From Nitrospinaceae bacterium UBA7883 (GTDB lineage Bacteria; Nitrospinota_A; UBA7883), in assembly GCA_002500605.1 (NCBI GenBank), contig DLRR01000012.1, forward strand, positions 137,265-201,264: a stretch of 64,000 bases of DNA, read 5' to 3'. The notes below the pieces were generated by a model. It was given only the letters and a program-made list of their open reading frames with translations, had not been told where the DNA came from and made no database searches. Below, in pieces: positions 1 to 9,697 of this stretch (its first letter is position 1; each line of letters starts with the position of its first letter). The position numbers were made by a program, and so were the translations under genes.

Positions 1-29
1 TTATACGGTGTGGCTATTTTCTGGCTTTA

Positions 30-1436
30 TTAGTTGTTAACAAGTTTATGAATTGCATCAGCCAAGGCTTCTTCGCCGTCTGGAATAACAAGGCTTCTAA
101 TATTAAGGCGGAACAGGTCATTCTCCACCCTGCCTATAATTGCAGGGTTACCACCTCTAAACCATTTAGCGAGTTCGTTAGGTGATTTTTCCCCGTGTGA
201 TATAGCCACACTCACGGACGGAATATCTATCTCTGGCAAAGCACCACTTCCTGCCATTGAAGTATCATCAATAATAGACACTTTAACATTCTTTATATTT
301 AAAGAGATCATATTGCTTACACGTTCTGCAATTTCGGTTAGCTCCTCAACACTCCTAGCAAGTTGCGTAAGCGTTGGTATCTCAGACCAAGCTTTATCTG
401 GGTCAAGATAGACACGAAGCACTGCTTGTAAGGCAGCTAAAGTCATCTTGTCACACCGCAATGCTCTCCTCATATGATTTTCTTTTACCTGTTGCACAAG
501 GTCGTAACGGCCCGCGATTATTCCTGCCTGTGGCCCGCCAAGCAATTTGTCGCAGGAAAAAGTAACTAAGTCTGCCCCTTCTTTCAAAATTTTTGTAACT
601 GTCTTTTCATGAGGCAACCCACATTTTTCCAAGTCTAAAAGCGCACCTGAACCTAGATCAACCATTACGGGAATCTTGCTTTCCTTACTCAATTTAGCTA
701 ATTCACTCACTTCCAGCCCAGTTGTGTAACCAATTATTCTGTAATTTGATGTATGGGCTTGCAATATCAAGGCAGTTTTTTCACTAATGGCCGACTGGAA
801 ATCTTTGTAGTGTGTTCTGTTAGTAGTCCCCACCTCCCTTAAAATACATCCACTCTTGGCCATGATCTCAGGCAAACGGAATGACCCACCAATTTCTATT
901 AGCTCCCCACGTGAGACAATTGTTTCGCATCCTTCAGAAAGGGAGTTAAGACAAAGTAATACAGCAGCCGCATTATTATTTACAATTGTTGCAGCTTCAG
1001 CACCTGTCAATAGTTTTAGCAGCTCCTCCACCAAGTCATCTCGGTCACCACGAATCCCTGTTTGTAAGTTATATTCTAGGTTAATATTTGATTGAGCCGC
1101 CATTGCTGCTGCATTAGCAGCAGCTTTTGGAATCAACGCCCTGCCTAGGTTGGTATGGGAAACTACACCAGATAGGTTTATAACTTTTCTCAGGCTTCCA
1201 TTGGCAATTTTAACAACAGTGGTTTCAACTAAGTTCGTCCATTCATCTAGCTTGCGTCTTTCAACATTGTTAGGGTTGATTCCATTTTGAATCAACCCTC
1301 TGGCTTCAGCTAAAACACTTCTAGTTACATGGGTCACAAGTGTGCGGCCAAACACTTCTATTAGTTCCGCCATGTGGTCAAGTCTTAGAAGAGTGTCAAC
1401 AGCAGGTAGGTTTCTTAATAGTTTTTTGTTGTCCAC
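30..1436 (-). CDS. selA: L-seryl-tRNA(Sec) selenium transferase (selenocysteine synthase)
   Basis: 468 aa, GTG start. The motif VVSHTNLGRALI matches the SelA PLP region, with a downstream PLP-enzyme fold; length is typical of SelA (~460 aa). Confidence 0.85.
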   Translation of the reverse strand: MDNKKLLRNLPAVDTLLRLDHMAELIEVFGRTLVTHVTRSVLAEARGLIQNGINPNNVERRKLDEWTNLVETTVVKIANGSLRKVINLSGVVSHTNLGRALIPKAAANAAAMAAQSNINLEYNLQTGIRGDRDDLVEELLKLLTGAEAATIVNNNAAAVLLCLNSLSEGCETIVSRGELIEIGGSFRLPEIMAKSGCILREVGTTNRTHYKDFQSAISEKTALILQAHTSNYRIIGYTTGLEVSELAKLSKESKIPVMVDLGSGALLDLEKCGLPHEKTVTKILKEGADLVTFSCDKLLGGPQAGIIAGRYDLVQQVKENHMRRALRCDKMTLAALQAVLRVYLDPDKAWSEIPTLTQLARSVEELTEIAERVSNMISLNIKNVKVSIIDDTSMAGSGALPEIDIPSVSVAISHGEKSPNELAKWFRGGNPAIIGRVENDLFRLNIRSLVIPDGEEALADAIHKLVNN

Positions 1437-1628
1437 TTGGTTAATACCTATTAGCTTACATTCTTGATATTATAAACTGTTGAATGCTGACAAGGGTATA
1501 TAAACAACTGGGGTTTATTCAATGACCGTAATCAGCATGATAGTGTTACTATGCAAAAGCGCAAGATGCTCACATATTATGCAGTTGAATGACACATCAT
1601 TGTTCTAGCAAAAAAGGAGCTCGCTGCA

Positions 1629-4157
1629 TTACACCTTGCTGCCAGTGTCGGAAATTGAAAGAATAGATTTTGTTTTTACAATTCGTCTATAGAGGTCTGC
1701 ACCTTCTGCGAATAAAGCCTTTAATAAAACATCGGGTTTAACATAACCTCCATTGCCAGCTGATGTTGTGTAAAGAATATCATTTGTATTAGATACTTTT
1801 TCAAGTTGACTAACCATTTGCCTTATATCGATTATTATACCCTTATGATTGGTTATTGGGCAGCTTCCCTTGGACACAAAGTTTGTTACGGCTCTTTCTA
1901 CCTCTTGAGGGCTTATAGCTTCTTTCAATTGGACTCTAATGCTATAACCCACGATCAGTGAAGAAATGGATTTATCGGAAATCCTTATCTGTCTCGCGTC
2001 AACAAACCTAATATCCAATGGTAAACATGAGTTTAGCCTGTTGCTCACATCCCATGGCTCATAATATTTAAAAAGCTCAATATCAAGCATTTCATCATAA
2101 CTTTCCATGCCTACTGAAAGCCCTGGTCCAAATGAAACCTTAGGTGAGGGTGAAAATCCCTCCGAGTGAGCCACAGGAAGATTAGCTATTCGGCATGCCC
2201 TGAATATCAGGTTCATTTTTTCAAGATGGCTTAAAAACTTGGCAGATTCTTTTATGTGGTAAGTGAGTCTATACTTATATCGACCTTCAACATTTGCCGG
2301 CTTTGGCTTACCTACTTTGGCTACAGAAGTGTCGTATACGGAAAAACAGAGTTTTGGATCCAATCCACAACCTTCGCAATCGTCAGTTTTACAATCGACA
2401 GATATGAACCCTTTTTTTGCCATTTTCCATTCTTTAAGAAAATATTTTTGAGTCAGGCCTGTATCCAAGTGATCCCAAGGAAGTGTGTCCTTTTCTTTAA
2501 ACTCTCTGTTTGCATACCATTCTGTATTAAGTCCAGTTTCATCAAACGATTTCCCCCATGTCTCAAAGTTAAAATTTTCCGTCCAAGAATCTAGTTTCTG
2601 TCCATTTTCCATTGCTTTCTCAATAACATCTGCCAACCGCCTATCACCTCTACTAAACACTGCCTCTATGTGACTCATCCCTGCATCGTGCCATTTTAAT
2701 CGAATTCTTTTAGACCTTTTAACAAGCTCAAACAACATTTCTTTCTTATTCCACAGGTTTTTCATGGTTTCTTGACCGGTCCATTGAAATGCAGTATGGG
2801 CTTTTGGAACAAAGTTTGAAATACTGACATTAATATTATTAAATTTTGCACCATCTTCGTTGAGCCTATCAAGTTTCTTCGCTAGGTCGTATATGCCTTG
2901 AATGTCCTCTGAGGTCTCCGTTGGTAAACCAATCATAAAGTAGAGTTTCAGTTTTCTCCATCCTGCTCTTAATAATCTACGAGCTGCTAAAACAACATCC
3001 TCCTCTGTAACTTTCTTGTTAAGCACATTGCGTAGCCTCTGAGTGCCGGCTTCAGCAGTTATGGTAAAACCAGTTTTTTTAACACGCTTAATTTGAGCTA
3101 TCACCGGTTCGGTAACGGTAGCTGGACGCATCGAGGGCAATGAAACTGAAATTTGGCTATCAGCATAACAATCCATTAAGCCTTTTAATAACTGTTCTAT
3201 GCCCGAGTAATCACCAGCGGAAAGAGAAAGTAGTGAAACATCACCATACCCAGTATTCTTTAGAGTCTTGTCAAATATTTTCAAAACTTCTTGAGGTGAG
3301 CGTTCTCGGTTTGGTCTATATGACGTTCCTGCCTGGCAAAATCGGCATCCTTGGGTACATCCCCTATCGATCTCCACATTAAGCCTATCGTGAGCAGGTG
3401 ATCCAAATGGAACAATAATATTTTCTGGAAAAGGTGACAAAGAAAGATTTTCTATAAAAACACGCTTTGGTGTTTTTGCCATTGGCATTGGCCTCACTTC
3501 GGATATTTTTCCATCATCGCAATAGTGCACATCCCAAAACGAGGGTATGTACATCCCTGGAACTTGCTGTAGCTTTTCCAAAGTATCGTTCTTATCCTCT
3601 TTTCCACGATCAGCTGCCAAGTGTACTATTTCCGTTACCGCATTTTCACCATCACCTAAAAAGAAAGCATCAAAAAAAGGAGCCAATGGTTCCGGGTTGT
3701 AAACCCCGGCTCCACCGCCAACTATCAATGGGTGCGACTCATCCCTGTCGGATGACCTCAATGGGATCCCAGCAAGGCTTAACATCCATAATATAGTTGT
3801 ATACGATAGTTCATACGGAATTGTGAACCCTATGACATCAAATTTTGACAATGGTTTTTTAGATTCAAGGGAAGTTAGTGGCAACTTGTTTCGCTTTAGC
3901 TCGTTGGCCATGTCTTGACCAGGTGCAAAACATCGCTCAGCCCATAGTTCCTCACACGAGTTTACAAAACTGTATAGCAACTTAAGCCCTAAATGGCTCA
4001 TACCTATGTCATAAAGATCTGGGTACACTAGAGCAATAGTCCCTTTCACTGTGGAAAGATCTTTGTGAACTGAGTTCGGCTCTAGGCCAAGATATGACGA
4101 AGGTTTCCTGACTCTCTTGAGAAGCTCCCCGACCTCGTCAACTAGAAATTCAGACAA
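1629..4157 (-). CDS. Fused B12-binding-domain radical SAM protein (N-terminal ~600 aa) and DUF2344-like domain (C-terminal ~230 aa), function unknown
   Basis: 842 aa. N-terminal region resembles a cobalamin-binding domain, followed by the radical SAM cysteine triad CTQGCRFCQAG (CxxxCxxC). The C-terminal segment (KYRLTYHIKESAKFLSHLEKMNLIFRACRIANLPVAHSEGFSP...) resembles the DUF2344 family, which is usually encoded adjacent to this radical SAM family. The gene overlaps rodA by 8 nt. Confidence 0.75.
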   Translation of the reverse strand: MSEFLVDEVGELLKRVRKPSSYLGLEPNSVHKDLSTVKGTIALVYPDLYDIGMSHLGLKLLYSFVNSCEELWAERCFAPGQDMANELKRNKLPLTSLESKKPLSKFDVIGFTIPYELSYTTILWMLSLAGIPLRSSDRDESHPLIVGGGAGVYNPEPLAPFFDAFFLGDGENAVTEIVHLAADRGKEDKNDTLEKLQQVPGMYIPSFWDVHYCDDGKISEVRPMPMAKTPKRVFIENLSLSPFPENIIVPFGSPAHDRLNVEIDRGCTQGCRFCQAGTSYRPNRERSPQEVLKIFDKTLKNTGYGDVSLLSLSAGDYSGIEQLLKGLMDCYADSQISVSLPSMRPATVTEPVIAQIKRVKKTGFTITAEAGTQRLRNVLNKKVTEEDVVLAARRLLRAGWRKLKLYFMIGLPTETSEDIQGIYDLAKKLDRLNEDGAKFNNINVSISNFVPKAHTAFQWTGQETMKNLWNKKEMLFELVKRSKRIRLKWHDAGMSHIEAVFSRGDRRLADVIEKAMENGQKLDSWTENFNFETWGKSFDETGLNTEWYANREFKEKDTLPWDHLDTGLTQKYFLKEWKMAKKGFISVDCKTDDCEGCGLDPKLCFSVYDTSVAKVGKPKPANVEGRYKYRLTYHIKESAKFLSHLEKMNLIFRACRIANLPVAHSEGFSPSPKVSFGPGLSVGMESYDEMLDIELFKYYEPWDVSNRLNSCLPLDIRFVDARQIRISDKSISSLIVGYSIRVQLKEAISPQEVERAVTNFVSKGSCPITNHKGIIIDIRQMVSQLEKVSNTNDILYTTSAGNGGYVKPDVLLKALFAEGADLYRRIVKTKSILSISDTGSKV

Positions 4158-5253
4158 GTCTTTTTCTTCCTATACTCACATTAATGGCAAGCCCAATGCA
4201 TATGAAGTTGGTAATTAATGCCGACCCTCCGTATGACATAAATGGCAGAGGAATACCTACAATTGGAAGGAGACCCAATGCCATCCCTATGTTATAGACA
4301 AAATTAAATATAATCATGGCCCCAAGACCAACAACAACTAAGCAAGCAAACTTATCCTCCGAATACTTGATTATGTTCTGGAAACGCAAAGCCATTGAGC
4401 AAAAGAGAGATATAAGTACAATAGCCCCTATAAAGCCAACTTCTTCGGCATAAACCGAAAAAATAAAATCTGTGTGTTTGGCTGGTAAAAAGTTAAGTTT
4501 ACTTTGCGTCCCTTCAAAAATTCCCTTCCCCCACATTCCCCCTGAACCAATGGCTATCTTCGATTGAATTATATGGTAGCCACGGCCCATAGGATCTTCC
4601 TCAGGGTTAAGTAAGCCTATTATTCTGTCTTTTTGGTAAGGCTTGAGTAAAAACCATGTTAGTGGTGTGACTGCTAATAAAAAAATAGACAAAAATGACA
4701 TCAGCTTGGTCTGTACTCTTACAAAACCGACTAACCCTATAAAAATCACAACGTAGATTATCGCAGTCCCAAGGTCAGGTTGTTGAGCAACTAAAAAAAA
4801 TGGTACAACCAAAAAACCAATCGGTCTTATTAGATCAAAGGCATTAATCGGATCTCGTTTCTTAATATCATTAAATACACGGGCTAGTATGATAACTAGT
4901 ATCACCTTCATAATTTCAGATGGCTGAAAATCAATCCAACCTAGGGAAAGCCATCTCTGTGATCCACCACCCACTTTGCCAATGAAAGTTACCAAAATCA
5001 AAAGTCCAACACCAAGTATGTATAGAGGGAAAGCCATACGCTCTATAAAAGCGTAATCGATTGTTGCTGCGAAACTCATAGCAACTATGGATATTAAGAT
5101 CCAGTAAACCTGTTTTATGTAAAGCTCTCTAACAAAAATCAAATCGCTTTGCATGTTAGCGCTATAGATTGCAACCACACCAATCATACTAAGGGTTAAT
5201 GTCAATCCTAGTAGCGTGCGGTCGAACCTTTTCCAATGCCTGTTTGTCAACAT
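4150..5253 (-). CDS. rodA: Rod shape-determining protein RodA (SEDS family peptidoglycan glycosyltransferase)
   Basis: 367 aa polytopic membrane protein of the FtsW/RodA/SpoVE family, positioned immediately downstream of PBP2. Confidence 0.85.
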   Translation of the reverse strand: MLTNRHWKRFDRTLLGLTLTLSMIGVVAIYSANMQSDLIFVRELYIKQVYWILISIVAMSFAATIDYAFIERMAFPLYILGVGLLILVTFIGKVGGGSQRWLSLGWIDFQPSEIMKVILVIILARVFNDIKKRDPINAFDLIRPIGFLVVPFFLVAQQPDLGTAIIYVVIFIGLVGFVRVQTKLMSFLSIFLLAVTPLTWFLLKPYQKDRIIGLLNPEEDPMGRGYHIIQSKIAIGSGGMWGKGIFEGTQSKLNFLPAKHTDFIFSVYAEEVGFIGAIVLISLFCSMALRFQNIIKYSEDKFACLVVVGLGAMIIFNFVYNIGMALGLLPIVGIPLPFMSYGGSALITNFICIGLAINVSIGRKRLV

Positions 5254-5304
5254 TTCAGCATTTTATAAGAGCTTAATTTAGTTATTGAATAAGGTGTTTG
5301 GTTG

Positions 5305-7191
5305 CTAGTTATTTGCCGTATCGTCGACCAGTCTAATTGTATTGCTACGGTTTTTCGAACCCGCGGAACGCTGGATTACTGTGTAGGGTGAGTTAAGATA
5401 AGCATCCATAACTTTTTTAGCTATAGGTGCTGCAACTGTGCCTCCATGGCCTGCATGCTCCACAACAACGGCTACAGAAATCTCAGAATTCTCAATTGGA
5501 CCATAACCCACAAACCACGCATGATCACGATATTTATACTTTATGTCTTCAATGTTTTCTGGCTCAATATCTTTTCTTCTTACTACTTGAGCTGTTCCTG
5601 TTTTTCCAGCGTAACCAAAAGACCCTTTATTGATTCTCCAAGCCGTTCCACGGGGGGCTTCAACAACCCCACGAAGTGACTCGGAAATAAATTGCATGCT
5701 TTCTTTTGAGAATGGAAGTAATGAATTATGTTCTCTTTCCCCTTTTTCGTTATTCAGATCAACGTCCTTTATTATTATTTTTGGTTCGACCATCTTTCCA
5801 CCGTTCGCCACAGCGGCAACCATTCTCACCTGCTGAATTGGGGTAACAAGATTGTAACCTTGCCCTATTGAATTCACCACAGTCTCACCAAGCACCCACG
5901 GTTTTTTGCGAACCTTCTCCTTCCATTCGATTGTGGGAACCAATCCTTTGCGCTCTGTCCCAACCTTAAAGTTAGATGAACTTCCGAAGCCAACCATTCG
6001 AGCATACTTAGCTATCCTATCTACCCCAAGTTTTAGCCCAAGTGTATAAAAATAAACATCGCACGATTGTATAAGTGCACTTTTCATATCCATTGAACCG
6101 TGCCCAACTTCCTTCCAGCATCTAAAGGTCTTTCTACCTAATTTAAAATATCCAGGACAGTTAACCAAAGTATTCTTATCAAAAACACCCTCTTCAAGCC
6201 CTGCAATAGCAGTCACAATTTTATGCGTGGATCCAGGTGGGTACTGGCCCTGTGTAACCCTATTTTGCAAAGGGTGAAAACCACTCTTTAAAAGCCTTGA
6301 CCAATTTTTTGCAGATATGCCATTCGAAAAAATATTTGGATCAAACGATGGACTACTCGCAAAAGCTAATACATCTCCATTATTTGGATCCATAGCAACT
6401 ATTGCACCTGCTTTACCTTTTAATGACTCTTCAGCCATCTTTTGTGTTTCGTAATCAATGGTAAGTTGAATATTTGTGCCTCCGATAGGGCTAATACGCT
6501 TTAATACTTTAATGACCCTACCAGCCGCATCAACTTCTAGTACTCTAAGTCCCTTTCTCCCTTTGAGCGATTTTTCAAAAGCTCTTTCAACACCTGTTTG
6601 GCCTACAAAGTCATTCCTTGAATGTTGTTTTTTAATGACTCTAGCAAGTTGTTTAGCCGTTATAGGGCCTAAATAACCCAATAAATGTGAGGCAAAGTTT
6701 CCATAATTGTAATTTCTTGTTGATACTATCTGTAAGGAAACACCAGGAAGTTCTAGGCGATTCTCTTCAACAAATGCCACTTCGTCTCTACTTATGTCAC
6801 TTTTAATTACAACTTTTTTAAATGTAGCCACGTTTTTAATACTCTTCAGGACATCGTTCATATTAAATTCAACCGACTTTTGCAGAAATTCAAGAGTATT
6901 TTTAGGCTCGTTCATATCTTCTGGAATCATCGAAAGCTCAAATGCAGGTCTATTGGTAACAAGAACAAGGCCGTTTCTGTCAAGGATTAACCCACGATGT
7001 CCATCCAAATAAACTTCACGCAGCCTGTTGTTTTCGGCTCTACTTAACAAATAGCTGTGTTCGATTATTTGCAAATACCAAATTCGCAATAACAAAACCA
7101 TCATGATGATGCCTAACAAGGCAGAAAAGTAGGCAATATTGGCTGTCCGTTTGGCAATAAACTGTTCCCACTTGGTTTTTGGACTAGGCAT
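5305..7191 (-). CDS. mrdA: Penicillin-binding protein 2 (peptidoglycan D,D-transpeptidase)
   Basis: 628 aa with an N-terminal TM anchor and a PBP dimerisation domain. Transpeptidase motifs are present (SxxK-like GSTHK, SCD, KTGT/AKTGTA). Lies upstream of rodA. Confidence 0.85.
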   Translation of the reverse strand: MPSPKTKWEQFIAKRTANIAYFSALLGIIMMVLLLRIWYLQIIEHSYLLSRAENNRLREVYLDGHRGLILDRNGLVLVTNRPAFELSMIPEDMNEPKNTLEFLQKSVEFNMNDVLKSIKNVATFKKVVIKSDISRDEVAFVEENRLELPGVSLQIVSTRNYNYGNFASHLLGYLGPITAKQLARVIKKQHSRNDFVGQTGVERAFEKSLKGRKGLRVLEVDAAGRVIKVLKRISPIGGTNIQLTIDYETQKMAEESLKGKAGAIVAMDPNNGDVLAFASSPSFDPNIFSNGISAKNWSRLLKSGFHPLQNRVTQGQYPPGSTHKIVTAIAGLEEGVFDKNTLVNCPGYFKLGRKTFRCWKEVGHGSMDMKSALIQSCDVYFYTLGLKLGVDRIAKYARMVGFGSSSNFKVGTERKGLVPTIEWKEKVRKKPWVLGETVVNSIGQGYNLVTPIQQVRMVAAVANGGKMVEPKIIIKDVDLNNEKGEREHNSLLPFSKESMQFISESLRGVVEAPRGTAWRINKGSFGYAGKTGTAQVVRRKDIEPENIEDIKYKYRDHAWFVGYGPIENSEISVAVVVEHAGHGGTVAAPIAKKVMDAYLNSPYTVIQRSAGSKNRSNTIRLVDDTANN

Positions 7192-7202
7192 AGGGCAGAT
7201 AC

Positions 7203-8588
7203 CTAAAAAGGATTGAGCCCTTCTAATGAAGGATAGGTTATTAACTTTTGATATACGATTTCTTTAAGTTCTTTTAATCGGTTTTCACTTTTGGCTTCAA
7301 ACCGCATAACCAAAACTGGTTGAGTATTTGATGCTCGTATCAACCCCCAACCACCATCGAAGTTAACCCTCGCACCATCAATAACAATAACATCGTAATC
7401 TTTCTTAAAATAAGCGCATATATCATTAACAACATCAAACTTATTTTCGTCAGGGCAGTCGACCCTTATTTCAGGAGTGTTGTATAACAATGGAGTGTCT
7501 GCAAGAAACTCTGAAACCTTCATATTGGTTTGTGACATAATACGCAAGAATCGTGCAGTAGCAAATATCGCATCATCAAACCCAAAAAACCCATCCTTGA
7601 AAAATATATGGGCACTCATCTCACCAGCCAGTTCTGCCCCCTCTTTGGAAAGCCTAGATTTAATGAGTGAATGACCAGTAGCGTTTAATACAGGACGACC
7701 TCCTTGTTTTAATATATCATCAACTAAGTTTTGTGAGCATTTTACGTCAAAAACTATGGCTGCTCCTGGTTTTCTTTTTAAAATTTCACGGGCAAAAATC
7801 ATTAATAATTGATCACCAAAAATAATTCCGCCCTTCTCATCAACTACACCTATTCTGTCGGCATCACCATCGTATGCAAATCCCACATCAGCACCAATCT
7901 CAATTACCCTCTCCTGTATATCCTTAAGGTTAGATGGAACTGTTGGATCAGGATGATGGTTAGGAAAACTTCCATCTACTTCGCAATAAAGCTCATCAAC
8001 CTCACACCCTAGTTCTCGCATAAGTCTTGGGCCTAGAATACCACCACAACCATTACCGCAATCCAATACGATGCTCAATGATTTGGTAAGGTTAATCTTC
8101 TCCTTTACCATTACTATGTAGTCTTCAATAACGTCAGTTTCTGCAACAGATCCTTGCCCTTTCTCAAAGTCACCTTTTTCGATCATGTCCGCCATTTCTT
8201 GAATGGCTAAGCCATGGATGGAGTCCTTACCAAGGTTGAGCTTGAAGCCGTTAAATTCCGGTGGGTTATGCGACCCAGTTATCATCACACCTCCATCAAC
8301 TTTCAAATGATGCAGCGAATAGTAAAGCAGTGGGGTTGGCACAAGGCCTATTTGAACAACATTCACGCCAGTCGAGAGTATTCCAGATACAATAGAATCA
8401 CGCAATATCGGTGACGACTCTCTGGCGTCCTGACCAACAGTTACCGCCTTGCCCCCTACCCTTTTAACTACTGTCCCAAAAGCTTTGCCTATGTTATTAA
8501 CCACTTCCAAGGTCAAGTCCGTCTCAACTACACCGCGAATGTCGTATTCTCTGAAAATTACTCTGTCCATTTCATTTAACTCAATCAA
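7203..8588 (-). CDS. Phosphomannomutase/phosphoglucomutase (alpha-D-phosphohexomutase family)
   Basis: 461 aa. Carries the active-site phosphoserine loop TGSHNPPEFNGFK and the Mg-binding DGDADR motif. Confidence 0.8.
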   Translation of the reverse strand: MIELNEMDRVIFREYDIRGVVETDLTLEVVNNIGKAFGTVVKRVGGKAVTVGQDARESSPILRDSIVSGILSTGVNVVQIGLVPTPLLYYSLHHLKVDGGVMITGSHNPPEFNGFKLNLGKDSIHGLAIQEMADMIEKGDFEKGQGSVAETDVIEDYIVMVKEKINLTKSLSIVLDCGNGCGGILGPRLMRELGCEVDELYCEVDGSFPNHHPDPTVPSNLKDIQERVIEIGADVGFAYDGDADRIGVVDEKGGIIFGDQLLMIFAREILKRKPGAAIVFDVKCSQNLVDDILKQGGRPVLNATGHSLIKSRLSKEGAELAGEMSAHIFFKDGFFGFDDAIFATARFLRIMSQTNMKVSEFLADTPLLYNTPEIRVDCPDENKFDVVNDICAYFKKDYDVIVIDGARVNFDGGWGLIRASNTQPVLVMRFEAKSENRLKELKEIVYQKLITYPSLEGLNPF

Positions 8589-8703
8589 TCAATAGTTATT
8601 ATTAAGTACAGTTGTCTCACAGCTTTTAATTTTTCATCAGATGCTATGATATTGGGGGTACTATACTACATCAATAAGCACTTTTTGGTTTAGCACTTGT
8701 TGG

Positions 8704-9678
8704 CTAATTACTTTGAACTGACCCAAAAAATTGTGCGATGTGCTTTTTAAGCGCTTCGGCATCCTCTATTTTGTTGGCCATCTCACGAAATTTGGAGGAA
8801 CCAGCAAATCCTTTGGAGTAATACCCAAGCCATGTCCGCATTTTTTTTACTGCGGCCTTTTCCGAGTAGTTTGCTACAAGCCCTTTAAAGTGAACTGTAA
8901 CCAAGTCCACTATATCAAATGGTGAGGGTTTGTAGGGCTCAACACCTTTTTGGAGATCATTAAAGCTTCTAAACAGCCACGGTGCGCTTAGGGCTCCACG
9001 GCCAAGCATAACCGCTGCACAACCAGACCAGTTTAATCGATCTACTGCCTCACTAGCAGTTCTTATATCACCGTTACCTATTATAGGAATTTGTACGGAT
9101 TTGGCCGCCTGCTTAATTATCGCCCAATCTGCGAGGCCAGAATAACCTTGCGACACAGTTCGTCCATGTATTGTTACACAAGCCACACCCACATCTTCAA
9201 GAGCGTGAACCATTTCAATAGCATTTATACTTTTTCTGTCCCAACCAATTCTAATCTTTACTGTAACTGGTTTTGATACAGAACTTACAACTGCTTTTGC
9301 CATAGCAACTGCCTTGTCAAAGTCTTTTAGAACAGCCGCACCTCCACCGGTTTTGGTAACCTTACTGACAGGACAGCCATAGTTGAGATCAATAATGTCA
9401 CATTCTCTACAATCTAAAAGTACAGCAGCATCTCGCATAACATTAATTTCACCTCCAAAAATCTGGGCAGCCGAAGGCCTAGGCTCATTATTGGTAGGAA
9501 GCATATTGTATGTTTTTTCAGAGTTGCGGATAATGGCATTTGCACTGAGCAGTTCAGAAGTAACCATTCCGGCTCCCTGCTTCATCGCAATAGTACGGAA
9601 TACTGAATCAGACATTCCAGCCATAGGTGCCAAAACTGCCCTTGAAGGGATACATACATTCCCAATGTAGAAAGACAC
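8704..9678 (-). CDS. dus: tRNA-dihydrouridine synthase
   Basis: 324 aa. N-terminus LAPMAGMSDSVFR... is typical of the Dus TIM-barrel flavoenzyme; the catalytic Cys region (YGCP) is present. Confidence 0.8.
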   Translation of the reverse strand: MSFYIGNVCIPSRAVLAPMAGMSDSVFRTIAMKQGAGMVTSELLSANAIIRNSEKTYNMLPTNNEPRPSAAQIFGGEINVMRDAAVLLDCRECDIIDLNYGCPVSKVTKTGGGAAVLKDFDKAVAMAKAVVSSVSKPVTVKIRIGWDRKSINAIEMVHALEDVGVACVTIHGRTVSQGYSGLADWAIIKQAAKSVQIPIIGNGDIRTASEAVDRLNWSGCAAVMLGRGALSAPWLFRSFNDLQKGVEPYKPSPFDIVDLVTVHFKGLVANYSEKAAVKKMRTWLGYYSKGFAGSSKFREMANKIEDAEALKKHIAQFFGSVQSN

Positions 9679-9697
9679 AAATACTCCGCTTATTTAC

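Noticed and set aside
1437-1628. 192-bp spacer between the rSAM/DUF2344 gene and selA inspected for tRNA-Sec (selC)
   Set aside because: No GGTTCGAATCC-like T-loop, no acceptor-stem complementarity, and no CCA end could be seen. It is probably just the selA promoter region.
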